Positions 16,728 through 29,311 of a stretch of DNA of 64,000 nucleotides are shown piece after piece. The position numbers and the translations under genes were made by a program. The notes beneath the pieces are model-generated. The model made no database searches. It saw only the letters and a program-made list of their open reading frames with translations, and was not told the DNA's origin. How positions within the stretch are numbered: position 1 is the first letter of the stretch; each line of letters begins with the position of its first letter. The DNA lies in NCBI GenBank assembly GCA_024704765.1, contig JAKMXF010000365.1:496001-560000 (forward strand). Direction: 5' to 3'. The DNA is from Oopsacas minuta (lineage: Eukaryota; Animalia; Porifera).

Positions 16728-19700
16728 TCAATTGACATAATTGATGTAGTTTTTGCAGTTAGCACTGGATGGTGTAGTTTGCGTCATACCGCAGGTAGAG
16801 AGGATATTGGCAGCATCTCCAGCATTTAGGTTAAAATTCAGACCTAGCTGTGCTTTCGTTTCCAGAGCAATTATTACACAAGGACAGTGATCAGCTGTTG
16901 GGTTATCACTTAGACATTCACATATCTGTTCATTCTGTACAATCACGCATACCTCGGTTGCAGATGTAGTACAGTGACATAATCTACATGAGAAACGCTG
17001 AGCTCGATTGATAATTGCTTCAGAATTCTGTTGAATAAAAGCATCAGTAAATCGCCTTACGTCCTCAATTTGGCCATCCACTACAAAGTCCAGATCCCAG
17101 AAACTGGCTGAGCTACGCTCGGAGCACATCAGTAGATCAATAAAGTCACGACCTACGTTCCTGAACTCAGGATCAGGTGTCACTGCAGAGGACACATCGG
17201 AAGTGACAGACCCATATGGGACAGACTGTAGGGTAGCATCCCCCGTTGCTGGAAGGTACCACACTGCCAATGCCTCATCTTCATAATTATTAGCCGCTCC
17301 AAATGGATTTATTAAATTATTAGAAGTAGTAAACTCTCCAAGATTGAGAGCAAAAGCCAGTACCATACTCTCCCAATTGTTGATAAATTGACCCAGGAGA
17401 GAGTCGAACTTATCTGTTGAGTAGTCATCAGCATCTCCGTTCGTTAACAGAATCAAAACAGGAACGAAGGTAGCATCTCTTGTGCTTTCTCTAAGTATTG
17501 CATTGTCAAGAGCGAATTGGAGAGCTGTGTATGCAATTTCTCTGTCTCCTTCAAAAAATCCCCCAATATTTTGCAAATTACCTGTTACGGCTTGTAAACT
17601 ATCAATCGTGAAAGTTGGATCAGGAATAGGGGGAGAAAGTTGGTATGGGAAACCAGTGCCTTCAATTACGAAATGAGGTTCTTGTGCATTTGTGTATTCT
17701 TTACCTCTTTGCGTACCAGGTCCAAATGTAGATTTGCCACCATACCCAACTATTTGATAGCGATTAGGATAATCAGTTGTATTACCAATACACAGAAGTT
17801 TCAATTCTCGTTCTAACTCGGGTAAATATGTTCTCAACCAGTCCTGCTGACGATCCATTGAAGAAGTGTCATCAACGACGAGGATAAAGTCTACAGCCAC
17901 GTTATTGCCGCAAGTCTGTGAAGCTGCATTCCTTGTGAATTCGCCGCAACGAATATCCCCATCTGATGTACTACATATACATGGTGGATCAACTAAGAAG
18001 AGAAAATATAATAAATACGATTGTTATATTAAATACTCACGAGCTATAATCATAGTATGATACTTACCTATTACTCCATCGCATGTATCATTACTGGAAA
18101 CACACTAAAATGAAAAAACATTAATAATACAGTATTCAGTTACAGGAGACCAGGGGGACGTCTATACGAGTATACGTATGTAGTCCAATCAACAGTATCT
18201 ATATTTTTTCAACGATTCTATACTCACCAGATATCTTCCTTTCTCGCAATAATACAAACGCCTTGTTCCTGGATCCAGGAATAAGGCGGCACTAGGTGAA
18301 CATGGTTCATCTACGAAAGGTCTCTAAAACACAAAATGTATAAAGTTACCATACAAGGAACATTGATATATTTATTTAAGGCAAACTTACAATCTCTATT
18401 GCACCGCCTGTTTCTCCAGTTTGTCCCTATTAGAACATAATTATTAATTTGTTATAATAATACCAAAACTATAAATCTTACTTACCGTGGGACCAGGGGG
18501 TCCAGTTAGGCCTTGATCTCCCTGTGGACCCTATAAATAGATGTAAATTGACTTTAAGGAACTGTCGAAATTCCTGAATTACGTATTAACCGCGTAGGTG
18601 TTAACGAGAGTTTTGTACACAAATAACACAATACAATTCATAAAATGGAAGATTAAAATAGTTTTAATTATCAATCTACCGGAGTTCCTCTTTCTCCAAC
18701 TGCGCCACGAGATCCAGCGAGCCCCTATATGAGAAACGAGTATATTATATATGAAACAGATAGTTACAATAATTCTTTTTATAATGTTGATATAAAAATA
18801 TAAAGACAAAGCAATACACTTACAGCAAATCCCTTATCTCCAATCTCACCAGGAATTCCTTCCATGCCCTATACAATACATAATACAATAAAAATATTCA
18901 TTAATATTCTTCATACATTAAGTGTATTTATACAAACCTTTTCTCCCTTACAGACATCGCTTCTACATACACCAATACCTCCTCGTTCTCCCTAATAGTT
19001 ATAGTTGTATTTAGAAGATGTATACACATATGATACTAAATATACATAATTTCTTATGATAATACTTACCTTTTGTCCTTTTCCTCCCATCCTACCAGTG
19101 TCTCCCCTCTCTCCCTACAAGCAATAGCAACACAACATCAAATATTATAAATAAAATTCTATTAACATCAATAGAAGTGATCAAATTCTTCATTTCTATT
19201 ATACAACTCTACTTCATTAACTTACTTGCTCTCCAGGATTACCTTTGATACCTTGTATACCCTGAGGACCCTACAATGAAATATTATATAAATGATAGCA
19301 ATATTATATTATTATTGTAATTATATGTATATGAACACAAATATAACTTACCTGGGCTCCTTGAGCACCCTTTACTCCCTGATCACCTCGCAAACCTTCA
19401 TCTCCCTTAGAATTAATAAATTTGATAATATAAATCCAATTATGAATTATAACTTCGTATCTAGCAATAATACTTACAGGTCGACCGGGAACACCTGGAA
19501 CTCCCTGAAATCCTTTCTCTCCTATAACTCCCTGTAAGATACATGTATGGTTAGTAAATTATATTATAACATATTGTTCATTTCAAAATATAATGCTTAC
19601 CTGTGGTCCTGTAGGACCTGAATCACCAGAGGGGCCAGCTGGTCCTGGATTACCCTAAAGGTGTGTTATTAACATCATCAACAAATTTGAGAAAGTAAAT

Positions 19701-21453
19701 ATGAATAATAACTTACAGCTGAAGTAGAAGTGAAATTGAGGCATGCCTGTAAAGTAAACAAGTAAATACAAATAGAATTCTTATAACCTACAGGTGTATA
19801 TTGTGTTTATTATCCAACAATAGATTATGAACTACAGTTTGACTAACCTCTAAAGTATCGCATATGCCTGGTATTCCATCATCTCCACGATTTCCCTATT
19901 GTTAGAATTGAATAATCTATATCTGAATTAGTTAATCTTACATATACACTAACATACCGAATAACCCTTAGGTCCTATTCTTCCTCTATAGCCAGCTGGT
20001 CCAGTACAACACTCCCTCTCTACAAGTTGAGATATTTATCAATTTTTTAAATACAGAGGTCCCGGCACTTATCTATAACGAGAGTTTACTGTACAAGATA
20101 TACAAACAATATTCTTACTTTTACAAACTCTAGAGGTGATATTCCCAATTTTCTGTGTAGCATCCTCAAAAGTCTCAAATATGAAACTATCACTAACTCC
20201 GATAGCGCTCAGCTGCACACTGTCCACCTGAGTACCAAATCCTATAGCAATAACCTCAACACCTCTAGACTGTAGAGCATTACTGAAGGACATTAAAGTA
20301 GAAGCAGGAGTCTCGTCCTCTCCATCAGTTAGAAAGAACAATATACGTCTACGGTTATCTATTGCGTTAGCGGTAGTGAGGAGCTCAGAATTAGCATGAC
20401 CTATCGCGAGCAACAGGTTGGTGCCTCCACTGAAAAATGGTTCTGATCGCAAAGTGCTTGAGAAGATAGCTTTATCTGATCCTAATGGAAATGTTCTACA
20501 AACAAGTGTAAGCTAACTATCCCAATAATAAGTTATACTATAGTGTAAACATACCTTCTGATTTGTGAGTCGAATATCGAGTAGCAGTATCGATTAGCAG
20601 TAGAGGTTAATTGGTCGACAACATTAATAACAAAATCTTTTTCCTGATCGTAACCACTCTGACCCAGACTACCACTACCATCAATCACAAAACACACATC
20701 AACTGGGGCCTGTACACAGTCAGGGCTAGTGGGAGGGACGAACAATCGCACTTCGCTAGAACCGCTTTCATACACGAAATTGTTTTGTACGATCTAAATA
20801 TAATGCAACATAAATGAGTATATAATTCAATAATTACGTATAATATTATTACTTACATTCACTCTGTAGGTACCTTCCCTTCCAGCTTGAATATTAAGGA
20901 TACTTAGTGTTACACTTCTACTTACACCTTGTTCTCTTAGCAGATAAATGTGTGGGAAATTAACTGAGTTGATTCGACCGTAGGTTTTACCATTCTCTGT
21001 ATAAGTATCAAATGCTCCCCCATCAAAGTTTATCAGTACATCATTATAATACCATTCTACTGATTCCTCGGTAGCTCCTGCAACAGTATAAGTTAGTTCG
21101 ATGTTAACATTTCTTCCTTCTTTCATGTAGAATGAAGCACCGATGCCCTTGGTTTGATGTGTGTCAGGAACAGATGTGGGTTGAGGAGAAGGGGCCTCTC
21201 GGTTTGTAATTTCAATAAATGTTGATAATCCAGCATTTACTAAATAAATAAACATTGATTATAGAAATTCGTTAATAAGCAAATATTATAAATAGTTGTT
21301 CATGTTTCTTTAAGAAATACCCGTCCCAGACTAGTCAAAAATACTATCAGTTTAAATTAACACATCCGCCGAAATATTATCGGCACAATACCTACCTGCA
21401 TATACAAACAAGAAGCTAACAAATAAAAGACTAAATTTACAAAACTTAGCCAT
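16728..21453 (-). CDS. Secreted short-chain collagen: signal peptide - Ig-like - vWA - interrupted Gly-X-Y - Cys linker - vWA-like - Cys-rich tail; about 20 exons
   Basis: Exon 21453-21396 gives MAKFCKFSLLFVSFLFVYA(V), a signal peptide. Ig-like exon ~21239-20857. vWA with MIDAS DGSGS and FLTDG (20784-20080). Small phase-0 Gly-X-Y exons of 36/45/54 bp lie between ~19650 and 18390. The last exon from ~17962 carries DFILVVDDTSSM and LLLTNGDAD. Confidence 0.88.
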
Positions 21454-22582
21454 AATTACTATTGTAAGAAATACAAAGATATCACTCAATACATATATAT
21501 AACAGGACTCAACTCTACAACACTAACTGAGTTTATTTTAGAGTTGTGTTCTTGTTGTAATCTGAAACTACAAAAGATATTAGTCTTTAAGGTATGTGTT
21601 TTGGATTAGAATAAATTATTCAAGACGTTACTACCGCAATGGACGCATTACATCAACATGATATATTTTATGTATATACGCGATCTTGTTAGTTGTTAGT
21701 GATTACTAATTCGCAGCACAATATAACGCAATATTTTGGTTTATTAAACAACTAAGCATAATATTAAAGCAAATATTAATAATTTGAATAATTTCAATGT
21801 TAAGACAACCAAATTATTGTTAAATATTCATTGGAACAAATCGTATTTCTGATATATCACATAATAATAGCAGGCCAGTCAACAACGCTAAATAATATTA
21901 ATAATAAGTTGTAGAGCTAACAAGATATCTTCTTACTATCTCTAGTCTACGCGTATAGTTGAGAAGGCAATTTATAATAATCAAATTGATGAATACATTA
22001 GTAGCCAAAATAATCAGATTTATATTCGTAATGAAAAGGAACATTGAAAGTTTATCACTTCATTTCAACCAATTCTCACACCAAGACGAGACTTTAGCAC
22101 CTTTTGAAGTCATAAAATTAAAACTTTCCCGGCAGTATTCGGTTGATAGCAAGACGCAATTATTGCTTTGCAGAAAATTGTCCACTTGACCTATTTGGTA
22201 AGAGAACAAAGTTTGCAAACACTGTTCATAATTAAACTAATAACTTTATCACCAACGAACCACCAATTTTGATGAATACCCAAATCTTATCCACACACAA
22301 ATAAATGTTGTGTTGAGATAGTAAATTATATTTTGACTGGAAGTTTGAGTTTGATACCACAAGGATATGTACATATAAGAAAGAAACACTATATTACATT
22401 TGTCAGTTATTTAGGAATAAATAAAAGGCACATTTATTGGAATTATAGGAAAAATTAACCCACATAAATATGTTATTTAGGAATAGACAATACAACTACA
22501 AATTAAAAGAAAGTTCCATACAATAACCGAAATAATAATTACAATTTATAAACTTCGTCAGCCGTCCAAAAAAGTAAAATTC

Positions 22583-23842
22583 TTAATTTTCAGCATAATT
22601 ATACTTGTGAAGAAAATCGTTGATCTTCAGATAAGCTTCTAGAGTAGAATTAAACTTAATAATTGGTGGTATTAAGGTTAAAAATCCATGAAACATTTTC
22701 TCACTAAGAAAATACTCAACTCCTACTCCACCATCCTCCAGCCGTTCTCTAAGCAGTTGTCCTTCTGTTAGTAAGATATCATACTCTGCACTAACAATGA
22801 GGGTAGGAGGGAGATTAGTGTAGTCTGGTTGGAATAGAAGGGTAGCATAAGGGTCAAGAAGATTGTCAGCATATACAGAGTATTTCTCAATCATTGAGTC
22901 AGTAGGTTCCCAATCTACCTTAGGAAGGAGGTGAGGATAAGCAGATTGTCTCTCTGTATATTTTCTACTCAGGAGAGGGAGTCTTAAGTCAATTAGAAGA
23001 TTATACAATTCTAAAGATCCGCTAAACAATAGAGAAGTACATGTAACTAAAGAATACTTGGAGATTAACCTTGGAGAATTCTCCTTCCTCTGAAACGATT
23101 CCAAATTAGGATTTACAAACTGTACCCAAGGATATATAAGAGATAGTGTAAGTATAGGAGCATACTTATCATTATAGCCTAGCTCTTTCCACTTGAAAGC
23201 TACGTACAGACTAACATGACCTCCAAAACTGTCTCCACCAAGAGAAATACGTGTTTTATCAACTCCGAATGTGTCACTATTCTCAAATATATGTGTTACA
23301 ATTTTCAAACATTCTTCATGTGCAGTTGGAAATATGAACTCAGGACTACGAGGATAATGAGGTGATATAATTTTAAGTTTCATTTTATTTGACAAATATC
23401 TCATAGAAGCATCATAATCCTTTGGAGTTAGTCTGATTCCCCCTCCCCCATGGAAGTATATAAGAAGAGGTTGATTAGATATGTATAGAATATCATTAGG
23501 TGTATAGCTATATACTTGGAGTCCATTTATTTCCCACTCTTGTGTAGTAATAGGAATTTGAGTCATGTTAGGAGAAGTGAAGTATAGAGAAGTATTCTGT
23601 GTTAAAATGTCCAACGAATAACGGATACTAGATTTAAAATCTATAATCCTCCAACTAGCCAGCAATGCAATGAAATTGATTTGGGTAACACTGATCAAAG
23701 GCCATACAGCCAAATAGAATACAATAGGACATGTTATTTCACTGTGCTCCTTCTCTAAGTCACAACCATAAAATACATGATAGAAAACAGCTGATACTAC
23801 TACAACTATAAGAGGAATGACGAATAATACTTTACTGACCAT
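22583..23842 (-). CDS. Arylacetamide deacetylase/NCEH1-like esterase (HSL family), copy A; intronless
   Basis: N-terminal membrane anchor, HGGG oxyanion motif, GDSFGG nucleophile elbow, AEYDIL (Asp) and HGF (His). Confidence 0.88.
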   Translation of the reverse strand: MVSKVLFVIPLIVVVVSAVFYHVFYGCDLEKEHSEITCPIVFYLAVWPLISVTQINFIALLASWRIIDFKSSIRYSLDILTQNTSLYFTSPNMTQIPITTQEWEINGLQVYSYTPNDILYISNQPLLIYFHGGGGIRLTPKDYDASMRYLSNKMKLKIISPHYPRSPEFIFPTAHEECLKIVTHIFENSDTFGVDKTRISLGGDSFGGHVSLYVAFKWKELGYNDKYAPILTLSLIYPWVQFVNPNLESFQRKENSPRLISKYSLVTCTSLLFSGSLELYNLLIDLRLPLLSRKYTERQSAYPHLLPKVDWEPTDSMIEKYSVYADNLLDPYATLLFQPDYTNLPPTLIVSAEYDILLTEGQLLRERLEDGGVGVEYFLSEKMFHGFLTLIPPIIKFNSTLEAYLKINDFLHKYNYAEN

Positions 23843-24063
23843 TAGCTGTCCTCAAAGCTAGAGTATTCTCATAAATAACATTATATAATACAGTAGACTC
23901 CGCATAATAGGGTCACATCGGTGCCAGGCCATTTGACCCGATTAACCGGAGTAACTTAACAATTTGTCCTTATTATTCAAGTGATATTGAGTTGTTTAAC
24001 AATGAACTCAATATTGTCAGTGACAATAATATAAATAGTACAATCTAAAAATTTCTAATACTA

Positions 24064-25317
24064 CTAAGGATGAATATGCTTGTGAAGAAAATCGCTTATC
24101 TTCCCATAAGCTTCAAGAGTGGAATTATTAAACCTAATTACTGGAGGCATTATCGAGAAAAATCCGTGAAACATTTTCTCACTAAGAAAATACTCAACTC
24201 CTACTCCACCATCCTCCAGCCGTTCTCTAAGCAGTTGTCCTTCTGTTAGTAAGATATCATACTCTGCACTAACAATGAGGGTAGGAGGGAGATTAGTGTA
24301 GTCTGGTTGGAATAGAAGGGTAGCATAAGGGTCAAGAAGATTGTCAGCATATACAGAGTATTTCTCAATCATTGAGTCAGTAGGTTCCCAATCTATCTTA
24401 GGAAGGAGGTGAGGGTAAGCAGATTGTCTCTCTGTATATTTTCTACTCAGGAGAGGGAGTCTTAAGTCAATTAGAAGATTATACAATTCTAAATTTCCAC
24501 TCAACAACATAGAACTATATGTAACTATAGAAGATTTGGAGAGCAACCTTGGAGAATTCTCCTTCCTCTGAAACGATTCCAAATTAGGATTTACAAACTG
24601 TACCCAAGGATATATAAGAGATAGTGTAAGTATAGGAGCATACTTATCATTATAGCCTAGCTCTTTCCACTTGAAAGCTACGTACAGACTAACATGACCT
24701 CCAAAACTGTCTCCACCAAGAGAAATACGTGTTTTATCAACTCCGAATGTGTCACTATTCTCAAATATATGTGTTACAATTTTCAAACATTCTTCATGTG
24801 CAGTTGGAAATATGAACTCAGGACTACGAGGATAATGAGGTGATATAATTTTAAGTTTCATTTTATCTGACAAATATCTCATAGAAGCATCATAATCCTT
24901 TGGAGTTAGGATAGCTCCCCCTCCCCCATGGAAGTATATAAGAAGAGGTTGATTAGATATGTATAGAATATCATTAGGTGTATAGCTATATACTTGGAGT
25001 CCATTTATTTCCCACTCTTGTGTAGTAATAGGAATTTGAATAACGTTTTGAGCCAAGAAAATAGAATAATTTAAAGTTATAATGTCAAAATTTAAACGAA
25101 AACAAAATTTAAAATCTATAACTCCCCAACTATCCAGCAGCCCAAAAACATGCGCACTGATTTCACCGATCACTGGTAATATAGCGTAAAGGAATAAATC
25201 CAAACAAGCAATTTCATCGTGCTCTTTCTCTAAATCACAGCCATATAACACACTGTAGAATACTACTGCTACTATTAAGATAATAAGTGATGTGATAAAT
25301 GTAACTTTACTGACCAT
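24064..25317 (-). CDS. Arylacetamide deacetylase/NCEH1-like esterase, copy B; intronless tandem paralog
   Basis: Same motifs as copy A. The ATG equivalent to that of copy A is at 25317 (the track starts at a GTG). Confidence 0.88.
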   Translation of the reverse strand: MVSKVTFITSLIILIVAVVFYSVLYGCDLEKEHDEIACLDLFLYAILPVIGEISAHVFGLLDSWGVIDFKFCFRLNFDIITLNYSIFLAQNVIQIPITTQEWEINGLQVYSYTPNDILYISNQPLLIYFHGGGGAILTPKDYDASMRYLSDKMKLKIISPHYPRSPEFIFPTAHEECLKIVTHIFENSDTFGVDKTRISLGGDSFGGHVSLYVAFKWKELGYNDKYAPILTLSLIYPWVQFVNPNLESFQRKENSPRLLSKSSIVTYSSMLLSGNLELYNLLIDLRLPLLSRKYTERQSAYPHLLPKIDWEPTDSMIEKYSVYADNLLDPYATLLFQPDYTNLPPTLIVSAEYDILLTEGQLLRERLEDGGVGVEYFLSEKMFHGFFSIMPPVIRFNNSTLEAYGKISDFLHKHIHP

Positions 25318-25710
25318 TTTGTCTGTCACAAAGCTAAAATACGCTAATACCTAAACTGAAAAGTTTATAAGTTACGTAACTATATAAAGAGGGGATGGAT
25401 ATCTCCTCGGTTGCATGGGGCCGATACTAGTAGTCATACTGTCAGCTGGGTATCCTTATAATTCACTAAATAAGGTTTTCCCAGTACTAATGACTAACAA
25501 TTGAGAAGATGCTAAATTAAAAATATCAAGAACTTCATAAATACATATAGGTCAGTGTTACCATATAATAACATAGAGGGATATTACAACGATTCTACAT
25601 ACCACGGGATTACCGTATTTACAACACACAGAGAAGACAATCTCTATCTAAGCTAATTAGTAATTCTTCAAAGTTAACAAAATATAATAGACTTGTGCCT
25701 TGTATGAGTA

Positions 25711-27751
25711 TTACGCTTTCTCAACGTAATTGGACGGCAATAAGCCTCTCTGTCCTGTCCCGGAATTGGTAGCTATCATCCAACCATCATCAATTATTTC
25801 GGCATCAATAATACGGTCTCCCTCGTTAAACGACACTTCATCATCCTCAGCAGCTTGATAGTCGTATAGAGCTACGTAATATGATGCCTACAGTGTAAAA
25901 GAGATCAACTAATTCCTCCAATTGTAGCCAAGCAGTAATTAATTATAATAAAAAATTCACAGTGGATATAGTTAGATAAATGGTAAGCTATAGATAATGG
26001 AAGATACCTTAGCTTGTGCTAGGACTGGAGCTGGCGCAGGAGCTTTAGCTGGGGCTGGGGCTGGGGCTGGTGTATGGATCATAGCAGTTGCCTGCGGAGC
26101 TATAAGATACAATTTATAAATTATCTGAATTAATGATTTCAATTACGTTACTCACGGATATAAGGCGCTCTCTCAGGTTCATCTTGATACTTTGTGGTAT
26201 AAGCCTCTGGTCTAGGCTCTGAGGGGTCCTGACCAAACTGTCCAGGCTTATAATCTTTATGATAAAGGGCCTAGAAATACAGATAAGCTAGGTCAATACA
26301 GCATACTATAAGAAATAGATTTACTTTAATATACTAACAGTAGATAGTTCCCCATGCTTCTTTATTCTAGCATTCTCTGGTGTGTCAGCTACAGCAGTAA
26401 ACTGTTCTAGATTCTTCCTATGTTCTTTCTGATACTCAACCTATATCAATAAAATATTATCATTTAATTCCAATGAACTACTATATATTAATAACTTACA
26501 TGACTTGTCTGCTTTGTTACAGTCTTAAGTCTTCTATTCTCTGGAGTATCTGCTACTGCTGTGAATTTGGTGGTAGGATAGTGTCTGTATAATACAGTAA
26601 AACATCGTTAACACGAACACGGTTAATAGAAATTTGCGGATAAGACGAACTAATATTTGCATAAAATCAGGTCACTACAATGGATTTCAATTCGTATTAA
26701 TTCCGGAATTAACAAACTCACGTCTCGCAATATGGCCTTTTACTGTATCCCTTATAAGTCTTCATTGTTAGCTTGAGGCCACAAGTATCGCAGGAGAAAC
26801 ATCCTTTGTGCCACGCCTATATAAGAGCATACATAAATATTTCTATCAAATAATATAACAATGTAGATATCCCATACTTTTGTGTTGATTTCTTAATACA
26901 ACTCATTTGACCTTATATGGTCATGATTTGTATGGGTATTATTATGCAACTGGCTTCACACTCTGATCTTTATCATTAATTATTCTATGAACGTCTAATT
27001 TAGGAGCTCAGTACAATCATATCATTCATAATTTGTCATAATCGTACAGGTACTGATGCATGTGTGTTATTAGCACAGCCAGCACGCTCCATTACGTGTA
27101 GTGGTTAGGCAATTCTATTGAAATAATTACGAGACGTGTTATATTACAGTGGGGTATATGCTTGTAAATATATGTTAGTCTACGTAGACAACTAGACAGA
27201 ACCGCTGATATGATAAGTGTATAATGAAGTATAGGTATAAGCTAAATTTTCCGCGAATCCAGCACAATCTGAACTACAAGAGGGACACTTTATGTTTGTA
27301 TTAAATATTTGGTTAAATATTGATTTTCTTCATGCAAATAAAAATTATTTGTACAATGTATGCACCCTCCAGAGCTGGGCGCAGCTAATTGAAACCATGA
27401 GCATATAACAACATAAATACATGTGGTATAGGTATGATAGGGAGGATTTGTTATAGGGACACATTCCTTCATTATACAGCTATTACATGTAATGCAATTT
27501 CATATAATAAGATCGAAATCTGGGGAAGAGAGATTATTAATGTTCGCTCGTGGACAGAGTTAATATACAGTGCGTATGTCAAAAACATATCGATTTCTAA
27601 GTTATTTCAAGAACAATCGTAAGGGTTGTCCTGAGCCCCTGAAATATTCAAGAAACCTGGTAGAAGCGAAATAGCAACTCACCTGGTCCAAACAAGATAG
27701 CTTTTCCGTTGCATAGACAGTTTTTTTACATCTTCCACAAGGAGGATTCAT
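25711..27751 (-). CDS. LASP1: LIM and SH3 domain protein (LIM - 2 nebulin repeats - SH3); 7 exons, missed by the ORF track
   Basis: Exon 27751-27683: [23 protein letters not shown]. Exon ~26817-26719: [32 protein letters not shown]. Two [10 protein letters not shown] nebulin repeats follow. The last exon (~25887-25711) is an SH3: [17 protein letters not shown]...DDGW...[11 protein letters not shown]. Confidence 0.93.
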
Positions 27752-28380
27752 TTCTCACTTATGAAATTGATTATAAAGCTAATCTAATTCGATAAAGTTA
27801 TCAAAAAGTAAGAGAAGGTGTCTTTTAAAGGTATACTGGATGAATTACATTACCTTTTCTGGTAATAAGAAAGAGTGTAAATTGATAAAATGAAATATAG
27901 ACTATGAGTAAATGGTGAACAGCATTACATGGACAATTCAGGCATATTGTACATTCATGGTTGAGCCTATACGTGGTCCAGCGAGTAGTAAGAAGCCTGG
28001 AGAAATGGTTTCTTTGTGAATTCAAAGACCCGAGATTCGAATTGAATTGAAACTTACCAGAAAAGGCAATGAGTAGCCAATCTGGCATATAACACAAAAA
28101 TAATTACAAATTGCATGTAAAAAACCGTAATTAAGAATTTTATTCGGAATTCTAACCAAAATTATCCAATTCTTAACCTGTGGAAATATTCGAGTCATAC
28201 AGTAATTTGTATAGAAAACTACATTTATAGTTGTATATTAGAATGAATCTCTATCAAATACATAGGTTACAACATGGCAAACAATGCAACTAAGAATCCT
28301 TTTCAACAACAAAGAAATTGTATCATTTAATCGCGATGCAATGAATGATACAGCAGGTGTCTGACATCGTAACACATAAG

Positions 28381-29025
28381 TCTATGTTATTAAATCTCAA
28401 TTGTTGTTCGTCTGTTTGTTTGTCCGTTGTTAAGGAAATAATTTACGGTATGCAATTATAAAATAGTCGAGTAACTATGTATTCATCGAAGTAAGTAAAT
28501 ATAAATCAATGAAACTTCACTAAACATTTCGAATATTTTGAATCTAATTTTCACACTTTTGGATGAATCATATGTAAATTTTTGTCGTTCTTATGAATAT
28601 CAAGTAAACAAATACTTGAAATATACTTAGAGATTTGCTCTTTCGGCTATAATGGGATAACAAAGTATGCTGAATCCGAATTTCGCATTTTAAAGTTTCA
28701 CATATATAAAGTTATTGTTGTTTTTATGAATATCAAGTAAACAAATATTTGAAATCTGAAATTATACGTGGAGACTTGCTCTTAATTGCTATAGAAGGGT
28801 ATCAAAGGATGCTGAATCCGATTTCGCATATTTACGTTTCTCTCATGCAAATTCTTTATTGTTTTAATGAACAAAAAGTAAACAAATAGTTGAAATATTA
28901 ATTTATTAGTTCAATTTTGAATTTTATACTTTGCTAAATTCGGGGCACGAAGTGCCGAATCCCATGCGAACACAAAATGCTCGCAAGCCGCGCAGCGCGA
29001 GTAAGCGAAGCGGCTCGTTAACTAC
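28381..29025 (+). mobile_element. Non-autonomous Helitron-like element with ~140-bp internal tandem subrepeats
   Basis: 5' TCTATGTTATTAAATCTC end. Three or more copies of a unit containing TTATGAATATCAAGTAAACAAAT and TGCTGAATCCGA(A)TTTCGCA. GC-rich 3' hairpin AGCCGC...GCGGCT lies about 10 nt before a degenerate CTAC(T) end. A second copy is at 730-1160. Confidence 0.7.
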
Positions 29026-29311
29026 TAAATAAAATTAGAGGTATATGGTCATATCCAAGTCGCTCTCGGACAATTTGTCTTATCTGAGCTCTATTGTAAC
29101 TTCATTTATAAATTTGTATGTATATTTACGTAGAGGTGATGGCTGTACATTGAGTACTAGTTCTTTCTATGAAACATCAATTCTCTGAAAATATGGTGTT
29201 TCTGCGTATAACATGCAACATTTGAATTAGCTAATGATATTATATTTAGGTGATTTAATTAAAATGAATAAATACATCAACAATCTATTCTCTACTGTAA
29301 TATAACGTGTA

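Noticed and set aside
18579-19537. ORF-track entries 18579-18809 and 19292-19537
   Set aside because: Artefacts spanning collagen introns and exons in the wrong frame or strand.
18060-19610. Repeated (AT)ACTTACCTG strings resembling the U1 snRNA 5' end
   Set aside because: They are reverse complements of the collagen gene's GTAAGT splice donors.
21959-22400. Interrupted coding-like stretch upstream of the collagen gene
   Set aside because: Multiple stops and no identifiable homology. Cannot call it a pseudogene.
27083-27115. GCTCCATTACGTGTAGTGGTTAGG, resembling a tRNA 5' half/A-box
   Set aside because: No anticodon arm, T-loop or acceptor-stem partner follows.
28560-28900. Regularly spaced repeats considered as a CRISPR-like array
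   Set aside because: Units are whole ~140-bp degenerate tandem copies without unique spacers, in a eukaryotic context with no cas genes.
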